Assembly: GCA_017535865.1 (NCBI GenBank)
Contig: JAFXTM010000059.1
Location: 40,336-104,335, forward strand
Length of the DNA stretch: 64,000 nt
DNA from: Oscillospiraceae bacterium
Lineage (GTDB): Bacteria; Bacillota; Clostridia; Oscillospirales; Oscillospiraceae
Reading direction: 5' to 3'
Positions 9,414 to 18,227 of this stretch are shown in pieces. Position numbers and translations under genes: made by a program. The notes beneath the pieces are model-generated. The model did no database searches and was not told the origin of the DNA. It saw nothing but the letters and a program-made list of their open reading frames with translations. How positions within the stretch are numbered: the stretch's first letter is position 1; the number at the start of each line of letters is the position of its first letter.

Positions 9414-9514
9414 GCAATTACACTGTAACCATGCTGTAACTTTTGGGATTGCGCATGGTTGCTCTGCGCATGTAAATTATTCGGCTTGTATCAGCCGGTC
9501 GGGAGGATATAAGA

Positions 9515-11113
9515 ATGATGAAACGTATGCTCAGTCTGCTGCTCAGCCTCTGCCTCATGGCGGGACTGTTTGCCGGCATGACCACAACGGCTTACGCTGC
9601 CGGTGACACCCAGGAGTATATTGTGAAATCGGGAGACAATCTCTCCACGATTTGCTCCAAGCTGGGTGTTGACTACGCCAAAAACAAGGAGTGGATCATC
9701 AACACCAACAAGCTGACTGACCCCAATGTCCTGTCTGTCGGTCAGAAGCTTATTATGCCTGCCAAGGGGAAAGTGCTGAAATGGGAGGGCTCTACGGACA
9801 CCACTACCACGCCCGCTTCCACCGTGACGACGGATACGATCGCGTATACCCCCGGTGTGTCCACTATTCAGTACACCCTGAAAAGCGGTGATTTTATCAG
9901 TGTCGTCTGCAAGAAGCTCGGCATCGATTTCGCTGCCAACGACGCGTGGATCCGTGCGGCCAACAACATCTCCAGCTACAACAATCTGGCGGTCGGCCGC
10001 GTGATCATTCTTCCCGCGCCCGGTACCACCCCGGCTCTGAGCACGGCTGGCTCGTCTTCGGGTGTTTCTGCCGTCACCACGGTTGCGACCACGACAAGCA
10101 GCGGCGCCAGTCTCCTCTCCGGCGACAGCGTGAAGTATTATCTGTTTGATTATACCGTGCGCTCCGGCGATACGCTCTTCAAGATCTGCCAGGCCTACGG
10201 CGCCAACATGGATACGGTACAGAAGCTCAACAACATCGCCAATCCTGCCGCACTGCGTGTCGGCCAGGTCCTGTCGATCCCGTCTTCGATCGCTCCGAGC
10301 TCCGGCACCTACACGAGGATCGTAGCGCATAAGGTCGTTTCCGGCGACACGGTCCAGAAGATCTGCAACAACTACGGCATCAACTACGGTCCCAACGCCG
10401 CCAAGATCAAGGCGCTGAACAACCGCGACAATCTGGATGTCATTCAGGTTGGCCAGACCATTCTGATCCCGGTGCCCGGCAGCGGCTCGAGTTCGGGTTC
10501 TGTGACGCCCTCCGGCTCTTCTGTGGTTCCCAGCGGTTCCTCCAGCGGTACGGCTTACTACACGCTGAACAAGACCGGCTCGGTCAACGGCACCTATTCG
10601 CTGACGGTGAATGGCCAGTCCATCAATGGCGCCTCTTCCGGTCAGACTGTCCACGTCGTGGCGACCCCGGACCACGGCTACAAACTGAACAAGATCACGG
10701 TCACAAAGGCTTATAACGGCCAGGAAGTCAAGGTTGACAAGAACAACAACTTCGTGATGCCCGCCTGCAACGTCAATATTTCCGTGACCTTCAAGACCGA
10801 TCCCAACTCGGCTCCTCACAGCATCAACAAGAGCAGCGTCGGTGACACGAGCAGCGTTACCCTGACCTATGTGGTCAACGGCTACTCCAACGCCACGGCG
10901 GAGAAGGGCCAGACAGTCGCGCTGGTTCTCGGAACGCTTCCCTCCGGTCGGCTCCTCAGCAAGGTCTATGTGACTACGGTTGCACCGACCTCCCTGACGC
11001 AGCTCACCAAGGGAACGCTTGATGCCAAGTACTTTGTCTCCGTCTCCTCGAATCTGACCTTCACGATGCCCGCGAGCGACGTGTATATTACGATCGTTCT
11101 GAAAAACGCCTGA
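9515..11113 (+). CDS. Secreted LysM-repeat cell-wall-binding protein with two C-terminal beta-rich (InlB-B-repeat-like) domains
   Basis: Signal peptide, then four LysM units (YIVKSGDNLSTIC..., YTLKSGDFISVVC..., YTVRSGDTLFKIC..., HKVVSGDTVQKIC...), each ending ...G(Q)xLxIP. Two C-terminal modules of about 85 aa follow, with GYKLNKITV / FVMPACNVNISVTF-type patterns. Confidence 0.85.
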   Translation: MMKRMLSLLLSLCLMAGLFAGMTTTAYAAGDTQEYIVKSGDNLSTICSKLGVDYAKNKEWIINTNKLTDPNVLSVGQKLIMPAKGKVLKWEGSTDTTTTPASTVTTDTIAYTPGVSTIQYTLKSGDFISVVCKKLGIDFAANDAWIRAANNISSYNNLAVGRVIILPAPGTTPALSTAGSSSGVSAVTTVATTTSSGASLLSGDSVKYYLFDYTVRSGDTLFKICQAYGANMDTVQKLNNIANPAALRVGQVLSIPSSIAPSSGTYTRIVAHKVVSGDTVQKICNNYGINYGPNAAKIKALNNRDNLDVIQVGQTILIPVPGSGSSSGSVTPSGSSVVPSGSSSGTAYYTLNKTGSVNGTYSLTVNGQSINGASSGQTVHVVATPDHGYKLNKITVTKAYNGQEVKVDKNNNFVMPACNVNISVTFKTDPNSAPHSINKSSVGDTSSVTLTYVVNGYSNATAEKGQTVALVLGTLPSGRLLSKVYVTTVAPTSLTQLTKGTLDAKYFVSVSSNLTFTMPASDVYITIVLKNA

Positions 11114-11133
11114 GCGGACATACTGAATCTTGC

Positions 11134-11166
11134 AATCACCCCGGATCTTTCCGGGGTGATTTTTTG
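11134..11166 (+). terminator. Rho-independent terminator of the LysM gene
   Basis: Stem aatcaccccgga/tccggggtgatt followed by a T-run. Confidence 0.8.
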
Positions 11167-11168
11167 CC

Positions 11169-11197
11169 TTGACGGGAAAGGGGAATCAGCATAATAT
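11169..11197 (+). promoter_or_regulatory. Sigma-A-type promoter
   Basis: TTGACG, 17 nt, TAATAT. Confidence 0.45.
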
Positions 11198-11228
11198 AAA
11201 TAAAACACCGCAGAAAAAAGGGGAAGTC

Positions 11229-11597
11229 ATGGATAAACGAAAGAGACTGCGCATGGATATTTTGCTGATCGCGCTGCTTCTGGCCGCGACCGGGGTGCTG
11301 TATCTGGCTTTCGGACGTACCGTCGAGACGGGTACCAGCGCCGTCGTGCGCATCGAGGGAACGGTCGTCGCCCGGTATTCACTGCTTGAAGACGGCGTCT
11401 ATCCCCTCAACGGCGGGACGAATATCCTGGAGATCCGGGACGGCGTCGCCTGGATGCGGGAAGCCGACTGCCCGGATCATATCTGTATGCAGCAAGGCAA
11501 GATCAATAAGACCGGCCAGGTCATCACCTGTCTGCCCAACCTTCTGACCGTGACGATCGAGGGCGGAGAGCAGTTGGTCGACGGCGTAGTCGGCTGA
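11229..11597 (+). CDS. NusG domain II-containing membrane-anchored protein
   Basis: N-terminal TM helix, then ...YPLNGGTNILEIRDGVAWMREADCPDHICMQQGKINKTGQVITCLPN, typical of the NusG_II (PF07009) family. SD aaggggaag is present. Confidence 0.65.
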   Translation: MDKRKRLRMDILLIALLLAATGVLYLAFGRTVETGTSAVVRIEGTVVARYSLLEDGVYPLNGGTNILEIRDGVAWMREADCPDHICMQQGKINKTGQVITCLPNLLTVTIEGGEQLVDGVVG

Positions 11598-11610
11598 GAG
11601 GGGAGCGGCC

Positions 11611-12102
11611 TTGAAAACAAAAAAGATCACGGTCATGGCCCTGACGGTGGCGCTGGCAATGATCCTCTCCTTCGTGGAGAGCCAGATCCCGGCCTTCGTG
11701 GCCATACCGGGCGTGAAAATGGGCCTGGCCAACATCGCGGTGGTTTTTGCCCTGTATAAGCTTGGCTGGAAGGAAGCGATCCTTATCTCACTGATCCGCG
11801 TCTTTCTCGTTTCCCTGCTCTTCGGAACCGGCGCAAGCCTGTTTTACAGCATGGCGGGCGCCGTGCTGAGCCTGCTCGGTATGATCGGCCTCAAGGCGAC
11901 AAGGCAGTTTTCCTCGGTGGCTGTGAGTGTGGCGGGCGGCGTGCTTCACAATGTGGGACAGATCGGTATGGCCTGCCTCCTGCTGGAGACAGATGTACTG
12001 CGTTATTATCTTCCATTTCTGGTTTTGAGCGGCATCCTCGCCGGTGTTGTTATCGGTGTGATCGCCGCTGTCATGGTCAAGCGGATCCGACTGGAGGTAT
12101 AG
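11611..12102 (+). CDS. Gx transporter family protein (heptaprenyl diphosphate synthase component I-like, PF07456)
   Basis: 163 aa with 4-5 TM helices. The LSFVESQIP...PGVKMGLANI motif matches, and the family typically pairs with a NusG_II gene. TTG start. Confidence 0.7.
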   Translation: MKTKKITVMALTVALAMILSFVESQIPAFVAIPGVKMGLANIAVVFALYKLGWKEAILISLIRVFLVSLLFGTGASLFYSMAGAVLSLLGMIGLKATRQFSSVAVSVAGGVLHNVGQIGMACLLLETDVLRYYLPFLVLSGILAGVVIGVIAAVMVKRIRLEV

Positions 12103-12105
12103 AAT

Positions 12106-12825
12106 ATGTTGGTATTGATCGCCTCGGCTGTTGTTCCGGCTGTTATCCTGCTGCTCAGGATCTATCGGCTGGACCGCCTGGAAAAAGAGCCCTGGAAACT
12201 GATCGCCGCGCTGATGGCTCTCGGTGTCGTTGCGACGTTGCTGGCCTCGCTGACCGAGCAGATCGGGGATCTCGCGCTGAGCTTTTTCCTTCCGGAGCGG
12301 CATCCGGCCTATCCCTTCCTGCTGTATTTCGGCATTGTGGCCTTCTCGGAGGAGGGGTTCAAATACCTGCTGCTCAAGAACCGGACCTGGCGCTCGCCGC
12401 ATTTCAACTGCCAGTTTGACGGCGTCGTTTACGCGGCGTCGGTTTCGCTCGGCTTTGCGCTTTGGGAAAACATCGGTTATGTGCTGCGTTACGGTCTGGC
12501 GACAGCCATTGCGCGCGCGATCACGGCCATCCCCGGCCACGCCTGCTTCGGTGTGTTCATGGGCGTGCTGTACGGTGTGGCCAAGCGACAGGCGCTGTCG
12601 GGCGACGAGCCGGGGTCCCGCCGGTCCCGGAGACTGGCGGTCCTGCTCCCTGCGCTGCTGCATGGCCTGTACGACTTTATCGCGACCAAGCAGACGAATG
12701 GACTCAGCCTGATCTTTGTCGTGTTTGTGGCGGTCCTCTTTATTGTGGCCTATCGTCTTGCGGTCTCGAATGCCCGCCGGGATCGCTATCTGGATCCTGC
12801 GCCGCGTTCCGGGGACGGCTTTTAG
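12106..12825 (+). CDS. PrsW-family intramembrane glutamic/metallo-protease
   Basis: Multi-TM protein with FSEEGFKYLLL and HGLYDF motifs characteristic of PrsW. Confidence 0.75.
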   Translation: MLVLIASAVVPAVILLLRIYRLDRLEKEPWKLIAALMALGVVATLLASLTEQIGDLALSFFLPERHPAYPFLLYFGIVAFSEEGFKYLLLKNRTWRSPHFNCQFDGVVYAASVSLGFALWENIGYVLRYGLATAIARAITAIPGHACFGVFMGVLYGVAKRQALSGDEPGSRRSRRLAVLLPALLHGLYDFIATKQTNGLSLIFVVFVAVLFIVAYRLAVSNARRDRYLDPAPRSGDGF

Positions 12826-12830
12826 CCCAC

Positions 12831-12859
12831 TTGCTTTTTCTGAGCACCTCGTGTAGAAT
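12831..12859 (+). promoter_or_regulatory. Sigma-A-type promoter for the MATE gene
   Basis: TTGCTT, 17 nt, TAGAAT. Confidence 0.4.
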
Positions 12860-12892
12860 GACTTGTCTGCTCTTCTGCACGAGGTGTTTTTT

Positions 12893-14272
12893 ATGCTTGT
12901 AAAGTTCATCGGGGACCGGGCATTCTACCGCAAACTCTTTTCCGTCATGCTCCCCATTCTTATTCAAAACCTTATCACGAACTTCGTAAACCTGCTGGAC
13001 AACGTCATGGTCGGGCAGGTGGGGACGGAGCCGATGTCCGGCGTCGCGATCGTCAATCAGCTCCTTTTCGTTTTCAATCTCTGCATTTTCGGCGGACTTG
13101 CCGGCGCCGGGATCTTCACCTCTCAGTTCTACGGCAAAAACGATTCGAAAGGCGTGCGGGACACCATGCGCATGATGCTCTGGATCGCCGCGGGGATCCT
13201 GCTTGTATTCGGTTCGCTGCTTCTGTTCTGCGGGCCGAAGCTCATCGGCCTTTTCCTGCATGAAGGCAAGGAGGATCTGGACCTTGCCGCGACGCTCGCC
13301 TTCGGTGAAAGCTATCTGCGGGTGATGCTGCTTCAGCTCATCCCCTTCGCTGTAACGCAGATCTACGCGAGCACCCTGCGGCGTACGGGCGAGACAGTGC
13401 TGCCCATGCGGGCCGGGATCACGGCGGTGCTGGTGAACCTCAGCTTCAACTATATCCTGATCTTCGGCAAACTCGGCTTTCCCGCTCTGGGCGTGATCGG
13501 CGCGGCGATCGCGACGGTCCTCGCGCGCATGGTCGAGATGCTGATCGTTGTGATCTGGGCGCACCGGCATACCGACCGGCTGCCCTTTCTCCCGGGGGTG
13601 TACAGCAGTCTTCGCGTGCCGTGGGAACTGGCAAGGCAGGTGCTGCTCCTTGGCATGCCGCTGCTGATCAACGAGCTGCTTTGGTCCGGCGGGATGACGG
13701 TACTCAACCAGTGTTATTCCCTGCGCGGGCTGGAGGTCGTCTCGGCCTTTAATATCTCTTCCACCATCGGCAATCTCTTCTTCTGCGTCTTTATCGCAAC
13801 GGGCGATTCGATCTCCATTTTGATCGGGCGGCTGCTCGGAGCGGGCGAACTGGAGCGCGCGGTGGATGAGGACCGGAAACTCATTGCGTTTTCTGCGCTT
13901 CTGAGCCTCTTTGTGGCGGTCGCGGCGGCGTGTATCGCGGCACCGATCCCGCGCCTGTACAATACGACCGAATCGGTCCGTCTGCTCGCAACGCGGCTTT
14001 TGTTGATCTGGGCCGTGCTCACGCCGCTGCACGCCTTTGCCAACGCCTGCTATTTTACGCTCCGCTCTGGCGGAAAGACGCTGATCACCTTCGCCTTCGA
14101 CTCCTTGTTCCTGTGGGTGTTTCAGATCCCGCTTGCTTTCTGTCTCTCGCGCTATACGGGGCTCCCGATCCTGCAGATGTACGCGCTGGTGGAGAGCATG
14201 AACCTGATCAAGTGCCTGATCGGAGCCTGGATGCTCAAGAGCCGGATGTGGGTCGTCAATCTTGTACAATAG
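12893..14272 (+). CDS. MATE family efflux transporter
   Basis: 12-TM protein. The N-terminal FYRKLFSVMLPILIQNLITNFVNLLDNVMVGQVG is the classic MatE start. ATG 12893 follows SD gaggtg. Confidence 0.85.
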   Translation: MLVKFIGDRAFYRKLFSVMLPILIQNLITNFVNLLDNVMVGQVGTEPMSGVAIVNQLLFVFNLCIFGGLAGAGIFTSQFYGKNDSKGVRDTMRMMLWIAAGILLVFGSLLLFCGPKLIGLFLHEGKEDLDLAATLAFGESYLRVMLLQLIPFAVTQIYASTLRRTGETVLPMRAGITAVLVNLSFNYILIFGKLGFPALGVIGAAIATVLARMVEMLIVVIWAHRHTDRLPFLPGVYSSLRVPWELARQVLLLGMPLLINELLWSGGMTVLNQCYSLRGLEVVSAFNISSTIGNLFFCVFIATGDSISILIGRLLGAGELERAVDEDRKLIAFSALLSLFVAVAAACIAAPIPRLYNTTESVRLLATRLLLIWAVLTPLHAFANACYFTLRSGGKTLITFAFDSLFLWVFQIPLAFCLSRYTGLPILQMYALVESMNLIKCLIGAWMLKSRMWVVNLVQ

Positions 14273-14309
14273 CTGAAAACAGCTTCCCGAATGGGAAGCT
14301 GTTTTCAGC
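14272..14309. terminator. Bidirectional terminator: perfect 17-bp stem overlapping both convergent stop codons
   Basis: gctgaaaacagcttccc-gaat-gggaagctgttttcagc. Confidence 0.8.
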
Positions 14310-15027
14310 ATTGCAGCCGCCGCAGCATCTCGCGACGCAGGCGCTCGATGATCCGTTTTTCCAGACGGCTGATATAGCTTTGGGAGATGCCCATCGAATC
14401 GGCAACCTCCTTCTGCGTATATTCGCGCCCGTCAGGGATCCCGAAGCGCATGAGGATGATATGCTGTTCCCGCGGCGGGAGCAGAGCGATTGACTCGCGC
14501 AGCATCTGTCGGTCGGCGTCATCCTCCATGGGACGGGATACCTCGTCCTCGTCGGTGCCGAGAATATCCGAGAGCAGCAGCTCGTTGCCGTCCCAATCGG
14601 TGTTGAGCGGCTCGTCAAAGCTGACCTCGGCGCGCTGGGAACCGACTTTGCGCAGATGCATCAGGATCTCGTTTTCGATGCAGCGTGAGGCGTAGGTGGC
14701 GAGTTTGATGTTCTTCTCGCTGTTGAAGGTGTTGACGGATTTGATGAGACCGATCGTCCCGATGGAGATCAGATCTTCCAGATTGATGCCAGTATTCTCG
14801 AAACGCTTGGCGATGTAGACGACCAGACGCAGGTTGTGTTCGATCAGCAGCCTGCGCGCGTCCTCGTCCCCCTCCTCCAGCGCGGTCAGCGCCGCCTCCT
14901 CCTCTTCGCGCACGAGCGGCGGCGGAAGTGTGTCGCTCCCACCTATGTAATAGACCGACGGTGGCTTGACGCCGAGGATGCGCAGTAACTGATCCTGGAA
15001 AAAGAAGATTTGGGGTTTACATAACAT
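14305..15027 (-). CDS. sigE: Sporulation sigma factor SigE (pro-sigma-E)
   Basis: Sigma-70 regions 2-4 ([16 protein letters not shown]...; ...[21 protein letters not shown]) plus an N-terminal pro-sequence. It sits immediately downstream of spoIIGA. Confidence 0.9.
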   Translation of the reverse strand: MLCKPQIFFFQDQLLRILGVKPPSVYYIGGSDTLPPPLVREEEEAALTALEEGDEDARRLLIEHNLRLVVYIAKRFENTGINLEDLISIGTIGLIKSVNTFNSEKNIKLATYASRCIENEILMHLRKVGSQRAEVSFDEPLNTDWDGNELLLSDILGTDEDEVSRPMEDDADRQMLRESIALLPPREQHIILMRFGIPDGREYTQKEVADSMGISQSYISRLEKRIIERLRREMLRRLQC

Positions 15028-15039
15028 ATTATCCCTCCT

Positions 15040-15840
15040 TCAAATGATGGCGTCAAAGCCGTCCCCGACGGTCTGAGGGGAGACGGCGATCAGATAGTCC
15101 CGTTCTTCTCTGCCGTCGATAAACAGGCGCTCGGGGCGAAATGCCGGCAGCAGCCCTTTCCCGCCCACGGCGGAAAAGGGAAGCAGGCGCAGACGCCCGG
15201 AGAGCACCGGGATCTGCGCGCTCAGCTCCTGCAGTTCCACCGGCGCGAGCGTATCGAACAAGGCCGTGTTTTCCCGGAGGATCCCAGACAGTGCGCGCGG
15301 CGACGCGATCACGACTCTGGCGCCGCTGACGGGGTCGCGCAGTCCGTTTCCGGTATCCAGCAGGGCTTGAAAGCTGGCGAAGCGACCACAGTGCTCGACA
15401 CGGACCGCCCGGAACTGTCTGCTTTGAAGGAGTGAGCGGAAGCGAAAGAGAAGCGTTCCGAGACCGTAACAGAGCAGAAAGGCCAGCAGCAGCTCCTGCA
15501 GCGACAGACAGAGCGGCCTGCCGCCCGAGAGGGCCAGGAGCGCTCCGCCGAAAAAGGCGGAGACAGCGAAGAAAAGCAGAGTGCAGCGCAGAGGATGCGC
15601 TTCCGCGCCGAAGGCGATCCAGGCCATCAGCCCGCCTGCGAGCAGCTTCCATCCGGGGTATGCCAAAAAACGGAGTGCGGGCAGATAGGCGGCGCAGGCA
15701 TAAACGGCGCCTGCCAGCGCGGCCAGGGCATATCGGAGACGTCTCAGACAGAGCCCGGCCGCCCGCGCCGTCAGAAGACAAAGCAGGTAGTCGCAGAGCA
15801 GATTCAGGATGAACCAGAGGTCCAGATAGAGGATATCCAT
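15040..15840 (-). CDS. spoIIGA: Sigma-E processing peptidase SpoIIGA
   Basis: Five N-terminal TM helices (MDILYLDLWFILNLLCDYLL...), a C-terminal aspartic protease motif LLDTGNGLRDPVSG, and the spoIIGA-sigE gene order. Confidence 0.85.
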   Translation of the reverse strand: MDILYLDLWFILNLLCDYLLCLLTARAAGLCLRRLRYALAALAGAVYACAAYLPALRFLAYPGWKLLAGGLMAWIAFGAEAHPLRCTLLFFAVSAFFGGALLALSGGRPLCLSLQELLLAFLLCYGLGTLLFRFRSLLQSRQFRAVRVEHCGRFASFQALLDTGNGLRDPVSGARVVIASPRALSGILRENTALFDTLAPVELQELSAQIPVLSGRLRLLPFSAVGGKGLLPAFRPERLFIDGREERDYLIAVSPQTVGDGFDAII

Positions 15841-15846
15841 GCCCGG

Positions 15847-15880
15847 ATTATACCGCCGTCGGCATCGGAGATTTTGTCAG
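15847..15880 (-). promoter_or_regulatory. Candidate spoIIG-type promoter with a 22-nt spacer; possibly yields a leaderless mRNA
   Basis: The minus strand reads CTGACA (15880-15875), 22 nt, TATAAT (15852-15847), then 6 nt to the ATG. No SD is present. Two CCGAA half-sites lie 10 bp apart further upstream. Confidence 0.3.
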
Positions 15881-15918
15881 ACTTGCCGTTTGAAATTCTC
15901 TTCGGACTGTTTCGGCTA

Positions 15919-15947
15919 TTGTCAAAAGGCTCGAGCTGTGGTAAAAT
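15919..15947 (+). promoter_or_regulatory. Sigma-A-type promoter for the EamA gene
   Basis: TTGTCA, 17 nt, TAAAAT, with TGg extended -10. Confidence 0.45.
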
Positions 15948-15977
15948 CACTTAGAATGCAGACCCGGAAGTCGGGGA

Positions 15978-16910
15978 ATGGAAAGGAAAAACGTTGGAAT
16001 GTGGTTCTGGTTTGCGTTGATTGCGCTGCTCTGCTGGAGCGGTTCGGACTTGTTTTCCAAAATCGGCTGTCAGGATGCTTCCGACAAGTTCAGCCATTTG
16101 AAAATGGTCACGGCGGTCGGCGTCGTTATGGGAATACACGCAGCCTATGAGGTGTTCTTCAACGGGGTCGAGATTACCTGGTCGATCCTCCTGACCTATC
16201 TGCCGGTCTCCTGTCTCTATATCCTCTCCATGGCGATCGGGTATCTCGGACTGCGCTATATCGAACTGAGCATCTCCTCCCCGATCTGCAACAGCTCCGG
16301 CGCGATCGTCGCGGTGCTGACTTTCATGACTGCCGGTATCGGGGAAGATCTGCCGCCGATGGCCCTCAGGGCTGTTGCGCTGATCTGTATCGGCGTGATC
16401 GCGCTGGGTATAACCGAGGCAAATGAGGATGAGGAGCTGCGCCGCGCGCGGCAGGACGCCTCCAACCATCACTATGCCAAAAGCTGGATCGCTATTCTGA
16501 TCCCGATCATTTACTGCCTGCTTGACGCGCTGGGCACCTTTGCCGACAGCAAGGTGCTTGAGACGCTGAACGAGGATTCGGCCAACGTCGCCTATGAGCT
16601 GACCTTTCTTGCCATGGGCGTCATATGCGCCGTCTATGTGATAGGCGTCAAGAAGCAGAAACTGATCCCCCGGCAGGAAGCGCCGAAGTATACCGGCGCT
16701 GTGTTTGAGACCGTCGGCCAGTTCTTTTATATCTATGCGCTGGCGGATTCGGAGCACGTGGCCTTTGCCGCGCCCATTATTTCCTCCTACTGTGTGGCTT
16801 CGGTCATCTGGAGCCGGCTGTTTTTGAAGGAAAAGCTCTCCTGGAAGCACTACGCCTCGATCGCGGTCGTGATCTACGGCATCGTGATCCTCGGTATCCT
16901 GGATATTTGA
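15978..16910 (+). CDS. DMT superfamily (EamA-like) transporter
   Basis: 10-TM protein with the LLCWSGSDLFSKIG start typical of EamA repeats. An alternative start exists at ATG 15999. Confidence 0.72.
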   Translation: MERKNVGMWFWFALIALLCWSGSDLFSKIGCQDASDKFSHLKMVTAVGVVMGIHAAYEVFFNGVEITWSILLTYLPVSCLYILSMAIGYLGLRYIELSISSPICNSSGAIVAVLTFMTAGIGEDLPPMALRAVALICIGVIALGITEANEDEELRRARQDASNHHYAKSWIAILIPIIYCLLDALGTFADSKVLETLNEDSANVAYELTFLAMGVICAVYVIGVKKQKLIPRQEAPKYTGAVFETVGQFFYIYALADSEHVAFAAPIISSYCVASVIWSRLFLKEKLSWKHYASIAVVIYGIVILGILDI

Positions 16911-16928
16911 TCGAAAAGGAGAAAAGCT

Positions 16929-17639
16929 ATGCAGACGAAGTTCAGGCGCATCCTCATCAAGATCAGCGGTGAGGCGCTGGCTGCGGACAAGCACACGGGC
17001 TTTGACTTCGATTTTGTCACCCGGGTCTGCGAGGCGGTCAAGGCCTGCGCCGACGCGGGCGTGCAGGTCGGCATCGTGATCGGCGGAGGCAACTTCTGGC
17101 GCGGCGTCAAGGACGGCGCGGGAAAGGTCGAGCGCGTCAGCGCGGACCGGATGGGCATGCTGGCCACGGCTATGAACTGCCTCGCTGTCTGCGACGTGTT
17201 CCGTCAGCTCGGCGCGGACGCCCGTATTCTCACGGCCATGGATATCCAGGGCGTGGGCGAGCGCTTTGAAGCGCGCAAGGCCATCGAGTATCTCGAGCGG
17301 GGGAGCATCGTGCTCTTTGCCTGCGGCAGCGGACACCCCTTTTTCTCCACCGACACCGCGGCGGTTTTGCGCGCGGCGGAGGTCCATGCTGACGCCATCC
17401 TGCTTGCAAAGAACATCGACGCCGTTTACAGCGATGATCCGCGCCGCAACCCCGACGCTGTCCGCTTCGACGAGATCAGCTATGAGGAAGTGCTGGCGAG
17501 GCGTCTGGCGGTCATGGACACCACGGCGACCTGCCTCGCGATGGATAACAGCATCCCGGTCATCGTCTTTGCCCTGGCCGAGCCGGAGAACATTGGCCGC
17601 GTCCTGGCGGGTGAGAAACTGGGTACGATCGTGCATTGA
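16929..17639 (+). CDS. pyrH: UMP kinase
   Basis: RILIKISGEAL...GGGNFWRG...; conserved pyrH-frr-uppS synteny. Confidence 0.95.
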   Translation: MQTKFRRILIKISGEALAADKHTGFDFDFVTRVCEAVKACADAGVQVGIVIGGGNFWRGVKDGAGKVERVSADRMGMLATAMNCLAVCDVFRQLGADARILTAMDIQGVGERFEARKAIEYLERGSIVLFACGSGHPFFSTDTAAVLRAAEVHADAILLAKNIDAVYSDDPRRNPDAVRFDEISYEEVLARRLAVMDTTATCLAMDNSIPVIVFALAEPENIGRVLAGEKLGTIVH

Positions 17640-17675
17640 TTTTTCCATATACACTTTTTTACAGGAGGTATCGTT

Positions 17676-18227
17676 ATGTCTGACTACGCCGTTTTTGAGA
17701 GCAAAATGAAAAAAACCTGTGAAGCGCTGACGGCCCAGCTCGCCACCATCCGCGCCGGGCGCGCCAACGCCGCTGTCCTGGATCAGATTCTGGTTGACTA
17801 TTACAATGTGCAGACCCCCATCCAGCAGATGGCGTCCATTGGTTCTCCCGATCCCCGCTCTCTGCTCATTACTCCCTGGGATAAGAACGCGCTGAAGTTG
17901 ATCGAGAAGGCGATTCTCACCTCGGATCTGGGCATCAACCCGCAGAGCGACGGCCACAGCATCCGCCTGGTCTTTCCGCCCCTCACGGAGGAGCGCCGCA
18001 AGGAGCTGGTCAAGATGACCAAGAAGTACGGCGAAGAGGCCAAGGTCGCGATCCGCAATATCCGCCGCGACGCGGTCGAGAAGTTCAAGAAGCAGCAGAA
18101 AGCTTCCGAGATCACCGAGGACGACTATAAGATCGCGGAGAAGGACATCCAGAAACTGACCGACGACTATATCAAGGAACTGGATAAGATCTGTGAGAAG
18201 AAGGAAAAGGAATTGACCGAGATCTGA
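17676..18227 (+). CDS. frr: Ribosome recycling factor
   Basis: 183 aa: ...LATIRAGRANAAVLD...LTEERRKELVK...IRNIRRDA. Confidence 0.95.
   Translation: MSDYAVFESKMKKTCEALTAQLATIRAGRANAAVLDQILVDYYNVQTPIQQMASIGSPDPRSLLITPWDKNALKLIEKAILTSDLGINPQSDGHSIRLVFPPLTEERRKELVKMTKKYGEEAKVAIRNIRRDAVEKFKKQQKASEITEDDYKIAEKDIQKLTDDYIKELDKICEKKEKELTEI

Noticed and set aside
9190-9514. A c-di-GMP (GEMM) or c-di-AMP (ydaO) riboswitch upstream of the LysM wall protein. Such riboswitches often precede genes of this kind in Clostridia.
   Set aside because: I could not find the conserved cores by eye: no ACGCAAAGC/GGGTC-type GEMM blocks and no ACGGGGA...GAATC ydaO blocks. Only generic hairpins are present. An Infernal scan would be needed to be sure.
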